From NCBI GenBank assembly GCA_964558645.1, contig CAZLEV010000012.1, positions 32,001 through 96,000 on the forward strand: a stretch of 64,000 nt of DNA. Direction: 5' to 3'. The notes beneath the pieces are model-generated. The model ran no database searches and was not told the origin of the DNA. It saw only the letters and a program-made list of their open reading frames with translations. Source of the DNA: an uncultured archaeon (GTDB lineage Archaea; Asgardarchaeota; Thorarchaeia; Thorarchaeales; Thorarchaeaceae). Both the position numbers and the translations under genes were made by a program. Positions 59,337 through 64,000 of the stretch are shown here, one piece after another. How positions within the stretch are numbered: position 1 is the first letter of the stretch; each line of letters begins with the position of its first letter.

Positions 59337-60911
59337 ATGCCAGATGATAAAATGACCGAAAAGGAGAAGGCAGCGCTGCAGGAGTCCCTCAGAGAGGCCT
59401 CTCTCTCGGACAGAGATATCAGGCTGATGGTTCAGGGCGAAACTGAAACCGGTGAGCCCATTTCGACCGACGAGGCAGAAGACATAGTGCTGGCTGCATC
59501 GTCAGCATTGGAATTTGTGGAGGGACTAGAGGCTCCCGAGCCTAAGGCCGAAATACGAGGCGCAGACGCAGTAGCAGGCTTTGATGCCCTTCTCCAGAAA
59601 CTGGAAACTCTCAGGTCAGACATTTCCTCACTGCAGCGAGGTGTAGTAGGAGTCTTCGCATCACAGCTACTTGCTTTCAGGGGTCGCGTCATTGAAATCA
59701 AGTCAAGCATATCTGAAGAAATGGTCGAGAAACTCAAGATGCCCATGATGAAGGGATTCATTGAGACATCATTTGCTGAAGTCGTTGATCAGGAGTTTGG
59801 AGCACTGGAGAAGGAACTCGTTGACAAGATAGTTGAACAGACCCAAGAGAGGTTCAAGGAGTTTGCCTCAAGAGTCAGAGAATCAGAAGTAGACCTACGA
59901 TCCACCATTGTGGAACAACAAGACGTTGTCCGATCATTCATGGAGAGTCTCGAAGAAGACAGTGCATCCATTAGACAGGAAGTAAAGGAGAAGGAAAATG
60001 AAATCAAGAGACTCGAAAAGGAAATCGAGAAACTTCACGCTCGCATTGACATGGAGGCCGCCTCCGAGACAAGTAAAGAAGAGCTCAGCAGAAAGGTGGG
60101 CGAATTGGAGGCACACGCAGCCAAACTTGAACAGGAGCTAGAAAGAAAAGACACAGTCATAGAAACCCGTGAAGAAGAGATCAAGAGCGCCAAGGAAGAA
60201 ACGGCGGAAGTCCAGATGAAACTCGGTGAGGTCCTCAGTCAGCTTGAGGTTTACAAGACAGAACGTGAGATGGAAACTCCGGCGGGAAGTAAGACAGACG
60301 CGGAATATGAGGCGCTTCAAGAGAAAGTCGAGCTTCTGGAGAACAAGCTGGGCGAGAAACGGGAAGAAGCAGACAAGATCGCAGCCACTGCCAAGGAGCT
60401 TGAGATGAAGCTCGACGAAGCTGTAAAAGAGCAAAAGGCGGCAGAAGAGGAAGCAAAGAATCGTCTTGACGAGCTTGAGTCGATGCAGAATCGGATAATG
60501 GAAGTGAAGGAGCTCGAAGAGGAAGTCTACGAGCTAAAGCAAAGCCTTGCAGAGCAAGAGAAGGAGATGCATGTTCTCGAGATGCAAGCCACTGCCTTCG
60601 AGAAAGCAACTAGGCTCATTGAGAAAGAGAGAGATATGGCCCTCCAAGAGAGAGACCTTGCGAAAGAGAGGACAAGGCGTTACATTCAGGTTCTCGGGAA
60701 GGAGGCCAACACTAAGGTATTGCTTCTAGTGGATGAAGTGGGTTCTATCAGCTTTGCAGACTTGGGAAAGGCTTTAGGGGTTCCTGCAGGCCTGGCTGCG
60801 AAGTATGCACGTGAACTTGAGAAGCAGGGCGTTCTGAAAATCGAGAATGAAAAGGCAATATCGACCCTCGAGGATTTGGACATCGAAGAGGGAGAAGTCA
60901 AGGTAGACTAG
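59337..60911 (+). CDS. Long coiled-coil protein with C-terminal winged helix
   Basis: About 300 aa of E/K-rich heptads; C-terminal GSISFADLGKALGV..ARELEKQGVLKI. Confidence 0.8.
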   Translation: MPDDKMTEKEKAALQESLREASLSDRDIRLMVQGETETGEPISTDEAEDIVLAASSALEFVEGLEAPEPKAEIRGADAVAGFDALLQKLETLRSDISSLQRGVVGVFASQLLAFRGRVIEIKSSISEEMVEKLKMPMMKGFIETSFAEVVDQEFGALEKELVDKIVEQTQERFKEFASRVRESEVDLRSTIVEQQDVVRSFMESLEEDSASIRQEVKEKENEIKRLEKEIEKLHARIDMEAASETSKEELSRKVGELEAHAAKLEQELERKDTVIETREEEIKSAKEETAEVQMKLGEVLSQLEVYKTEREMETPAGSKTDAEYEALQEKVELLENKLGEKREEADKIAATAKELEMKLDEAVKEQKAAEEEAKNRLDELESMQNRIMEVKELEEEVYELKQSLAEQEKEMHVLEMQATAFEKATRLIEKERDMALQERDLAKERTRRYIQVLGKEANTKVLLLVDEVGSISFADLGKALGVPAGLAAKYARELEKQGVLKIENEKAISTLEDLDIEEGEVKVD

Positions 60912-61255
60912 AACTCGATAGACCTGTCACCACTTCTAAAGGACTGAACTATCTCCGACCAATATTGAGCCATCTTCTCCAGTGCCGATGACATGTCTGT
61001 TACCAGACGATACTCTCCAAGACGTTTCTCAACTAGCCCGACGTCTCGCATTTTCCTAATGACTTTGACATATAGACCTCTGCTTGACAGTACGAAGCGT
61101 TCCCACTCTGAATCTGGAACAACGCCATCGGACCTCACGATCACGTTGAGTATCTTGGCTGCTTGTTCTACCTGCATCTCTGTGAAAAAGATGTAACGCA
61201 GAAGATGTTTGGGAGTGATCAGTGACGGCCGCTTTACCAAGTCAATCTTCGCCAT
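60908..61255 (-). CDS. Hypothetical protein, winged-helix-like
   Basis: SRGLYVKVIRKMRDVGLVEKRLGEYRL; likely start 61255 (ORF track 61336). Confidence 0.65.
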   Translation of the reverse strand: MAKIDLVKRPSLITPKHLLRYIFFTEMQVEQAAKILNVIVRSDGVVPDSEWERFVLSSRGLYVKVIRKMRDVGLVEKRLGEYRLVTDMSSALEKMAQYWSEIVQSFRSGDRSIEF

Positions 61256-61332
61256 ATTCGGAAACCGAATACAAACGATGTGCCACCAAACATAAGGGTG
61301 AGTATTACCTTGTCCAACTTGCAATGAATGGT

Positions 61333-62328
61333 TCATGAATCTCCTACGCGAAAAGACCTAACTCCAAGCATAGCGGCCGTACCTGCAATCAGCACCGCAA
61401 TGGCTCCAATGGTGGAGAAAGCGGGAGTTGCAAATCCCAAATACAATATGACAAATGCGGAAGCAAGACACAAAGCAAGAGGGATGGCTTGAAGGGGTGT
61501 CCTCAAGCGAGATAAAGCAAAGACTAGAATGAAGAACCCATATCCCACCGCTGCAAAGGCCAGCGCCAAAGCCCACATCACAGCCAAGAACTCGAAGAGG
61601 CCGTAGAGGAGTATTCCTGCTTGAGGAACGAAGTAGGCGATTATCAACCAGATGATATTGAACATAATGATTGCTCTGAGCCCGGGAATTGCATTGCGGA
61701 TATCCACATCGCTAGGAGCATTAGAGAACATTATCGTCATTGCCAAGAAGGCCACAATCCAGAAGACAGGATTAAGGACAGTGAGCCCCGCAAACGTGTA
61801 AAGGAACAGATATACAAAATCAACAATACGAATGATTGGATAGGCTGGATCATTGAGGAGGACAGGATTGGATTTCATCTCAATCAACTCGCCAAGCAGA
61901 ACTAATGCTTGACCTCCTATACCTGGAGACCCGGGTACCAAGTATGTGACACCCAGCGCAAAGAAGACCAACAGTACAAGTGAAACTACTACAGGGGCAA
62001 GATTGATGATTGTGCTCTTGATAGCACTCGCAGGCCGCCTATACTTGACATAGCCAAGAACGATTCCTTCATCGGTGACCTCAACGTTGATGGGTTTGAA
62101 CTCGACAACTGGAGTTCCCGTGAGAATGCATCCCAGCCAATGCGAAGACTCGTGCAGCGCCACTCCTGGACCTACTAGGAGATACCATGCTCTGGAACCG
62201 ATCTTGCTCACTGTACCAAGAAGGCTTCGGGATATCTTCTCGAGTAGCCATCCTAGACCCCACACAATGAAGAAAAGAACCACCGCAATCAAGACTAGAG
62301 TGAAATATGCGTTCACTATTCTAAGCAT
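61333..62328 (-). CDS. Membrane Zn-metalloprotease-like protein (M50-like)
   Basis: GVALHESSH (HExxH), NLAP, PSDVD; multiple TM helices. Confidence 0.7.
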   Translation of the reverse strand: MLRIVNAYFTLVLIAVVLFFIVWGLGWLLEKISRSLLGTVSKIGSRAWYLLVGPGVALHESSHWLGCILTGTPVVEFKPINVEVTDEGIVLGYVKYRRPASAIKSTIINLAPVVVSLVLLVFFALGVTYLVPGSPGIGGQALVLLGELIEMKSNPVLLNDPAYPIIRIVDFVYLFLYTFAGLTVLNPVFWIVAFLAMTIMFSNAPSDVDIRNAIPGLRAIIMFNIIWLIIAYFVPQAGILLYGLFEFLAVMWALALAFAAVGYGFFILVFALSRLRTPLQAIPLALCLASAFVILYLGFATPAFSTIGAIAVLIAGTAAMLGVRSFRVGDS

Positions 62329-62443
62329 CTCCCGATTATTCTCTAGATGTGACCTTCAACTAGGCCACCTATATTACCTGTAAAAGACGTTGAGGACTAT
62401 TTTAGCGTTTTCAGGGGATGTATCGTTATAGTCTCCGGGTTTC

Positions 62444-62722
62444 TCAGCCGAACGCTTTCATAATCGCCTCAGCCATATCTGAAGCAGTGAAGCCAACTGC
62501 ATAGGCAGAATTTGCGTCTAAGGAAGACTGTACTCTACTGGCAATCTTGTCCTTGTCAAGAGGGCACCCAAGTAAACTCTCCTCTATCTCCGGAAGAGTA
62601 CTCTCGGGGTGCAAGAAGAAATCTCCGGTAATGATAAGCTTGGATATTCGGTCATCCTCTACTGCAACTCTCACCTTGATGAGCTTGCCTCCGGGAACCT
62701 TATAGCTGGATTCGTACACCAT
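62444..62722 (-). CDS. Lipoate-protein ligase C-terminal subunit (LplB-type)
   Basis: KVPGGKLIKV, ITGDFFLHPE; adjacent to the LplA catalytic gene. Confidence 0.88.
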   Translation of the reverse strand: MVYESSYKVPGGKLIKVRVAVEDDRISKLIITGDFFLHPESTLPEIEESLLGCPLDKDKIASRVQSSLDANSAYAVGFTASDMAEAIMKAFG

Positions 62723-62724
62723 TT

Positions 62725-63498
62725 CTACCTCAGAAAGTTCCAAGTCATTGTTCCGTATTTCGACTCTGCGAACTCAGAAGCGCGCCTCATCTCAAGATCT
62801 GTAAGACCCGCAACATCGAACTGAACATCAAGAGCCTGAGAGAACCCGGTCTTGAGAGCTTCACTGAGCTCCTCAATTGATACATCTTCATCAAGCAGTT
62901 GTCGGAGAGAAACAACCCTCTGCTTCACGTCGGTCACCAGTTTGTCAGATATCTTCTCAGGATCAACCTTCAGTATTGAGAACATTGTTTCGATGTTCAA
63001 ATCAAGCAGTGTTGTTCCATGTTGGAGAACACACGAATGCCGACGAGTCTGAGCGTTACCGGATATCTTCCGTCCCTCAACGATGACATCATTGATTGGA
63101 CAGAACTCCGCTTCAAGACCAAACACCTCAAGCGCAGAGATGACACCACCACACAGAATCTTGTATGACTCCTGAATGTCAAAAGGTGCCACGCGATGCC
63201 CCTTGGGGACAATGACACTGTAGGTCACTTCGCCATCATAGTCATGATAGACTGCCCCACCCCCTGTCAGGCGTCGGACCATGTCAATGCCATTCTTCTT
63301 GCAGTATACGACATCAACTTCGTCATCCATGCTCTGAAATGTGCCTATAGAAACTGCAGATGGTTTCCATCTGTATAATCGAAGCGTAGGGGGTGCCAAT
63401 CCATCCTTCACAGAGAGCATGACCGCCTCATCTATAGCCATGTTCTCCTTTGCGCTGTGAGTTTCGAGTTCGACTAGTCTGAAGGTCTCCTGTTTCAA
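62725..63498 (-). CDS. lplA: Lipoate-protein ligase catalytic subunit
   Basis: NMAIDEA, RRLTGGGAVYHD, ND..GRKISGNAQ, LQHGT. Confidence 0.93.
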   Translation of the reverse strand: MKQETFRLVELETHSAKENMAIDEAVMLSVKDGLAPPTLRLYRWKPSAVSIGTFQSMDDEVDVVYCKKNGIDMVRRLTGGGAVYHDYDGEVTYSVIVPKGHRVAPFDIQESYKILCGGVISALEVFGLEAEFCPINDVIVEGRKISGNAQTRRHSCVLQHGTTLLDLNIETMFSILKVDPEKISDKLVTDVKQRVVSLRQLLDEDVSIEELSEALKTGFSQALDVQFDVAGLTDLEMRRASEFAESKYGTMTWNFLR

Positions 63499-64000
63499 AA
63501 CAGCTCGGTCTCCTGAATTGCCTCTTGAATTTCTTCATCGTTAAGGGGACGAGGGTAATTGTACATTGCTCCTCTCGGTCTCTCGTTATAATACGGCCGG
63601 TTACAGCCGGGACAACCCGAGGTCATGAACGGCACTCCGAGTGATAAGGCTTCCTTCAGTTGAGGCTTGAGAATGTCAAGAGTCACTTTCCCGTTGGGAC
63701 TCACAACCAAATCCTCTTGAGTGATGTCCCCAGTAGAGGCAAAATGCCTTACTACCTGAAGTCTCCTGTAGGAGGAGAGTGAAGGTGGACCCTCATGCTC
63801 AAGAGAAGTCCCCTCGATACTTGTGAAGGCAAATAGCCCAACGCGAATACTCATAGAGTAGAGTTTCAGAATCATCCTTGCCGCTTCTTCCTCCGATTCG
63901 CCAAGACCAACGATGAGATGCGTTGTCACATGACCCTGACCAAAGATGTCCAGAGCCGTTCTTAACGAGCGCAAGTGAGTTTCCCAGGTGTAGCCGCTCC
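63495..64000 (-). CDS. lipS2: Radical SAM protein, LipS2-type lipoyl synthase subunit (5' partial)
   Basis: THLIVGLGE, LFAFT, TSGCPGCNRP motif; frame open to the window edge; coupled to lplA. Confidence 0.75.
   Translation of the reverse strand, partial: SGYTWETHLRSLRTALDIFGQGHVTTHLIVGLGESEEEAARMILKLYSMSIRVGLFAFTSIEGTSLEHEGPPSLSSYRRLQVVRHFASTGDITQEDLVVSPNGKVTLDILKPQLKEALSLGVPFMTSGCPGCNRPYYNERPRGAMYNYPRPLNDEEIQEAIQETELF

Noticed and set aside
1-64000. Numerous short ORFs antisense to or overlapping larger genes; CRISPR arrays, rRNA, transposases, integrases
   Set aside because: Shadow ORFs lack motifs and overlap well-supported genes; no spaced repeat arrays, rRNA signatures or mobile-element enzymes were seen

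Overview
Archaeal chromosomal window, most likely from an Asgard archaeon (Thorarchaeia-like, inferred from two tandem Rab-like GTPases, a longin-domain protein, HEAT/TPR proteins, an EMC3/DUF106 protein, GGTGA/GGAG ribosome-binding motifs and many TTG/GTG starts). It holds about 55 mostly housekeeping and accessory genes: an rnfD-rnfC-like pair, a geranylgeranyl reductase, stand-alone receiver domains around a TPR protein, a Phr-like regulator, several transporters, a 1.4-kaa beta-helix surface protein, ATP-type PfkA, a P-type ATPase, an orphan DNA methyltransferase, a complete pstSCAB-phoU operon with a divergent AbrB-PhoU regulator, and an sLpl(AB)-LipS2 lipoate module. I found no rRNA, convincing tRNA, CRISPR array or transposase. 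The best leads are: (1) two apparently homologous, foldable non-coding elements at about 2.6-2.8 kb and 14.9-15.0 kb, plus other structured intergenic regions; (2) a MinD/ParA-like ATPase paired with a longin-wHTH fusion; (3) a DUF3307-like membrane protein paired with SatD, which has a nucleotide-cyclase-like motif pattern and an HTH; (4) a GH116 pseudogene fragment missed by the ORF track; (5) paired CATATG candidate operators of the phosphate regulon; (6) several probable pseudo-enzymes. All family calls come from motif recognition by eye; no database search or folding program was run.
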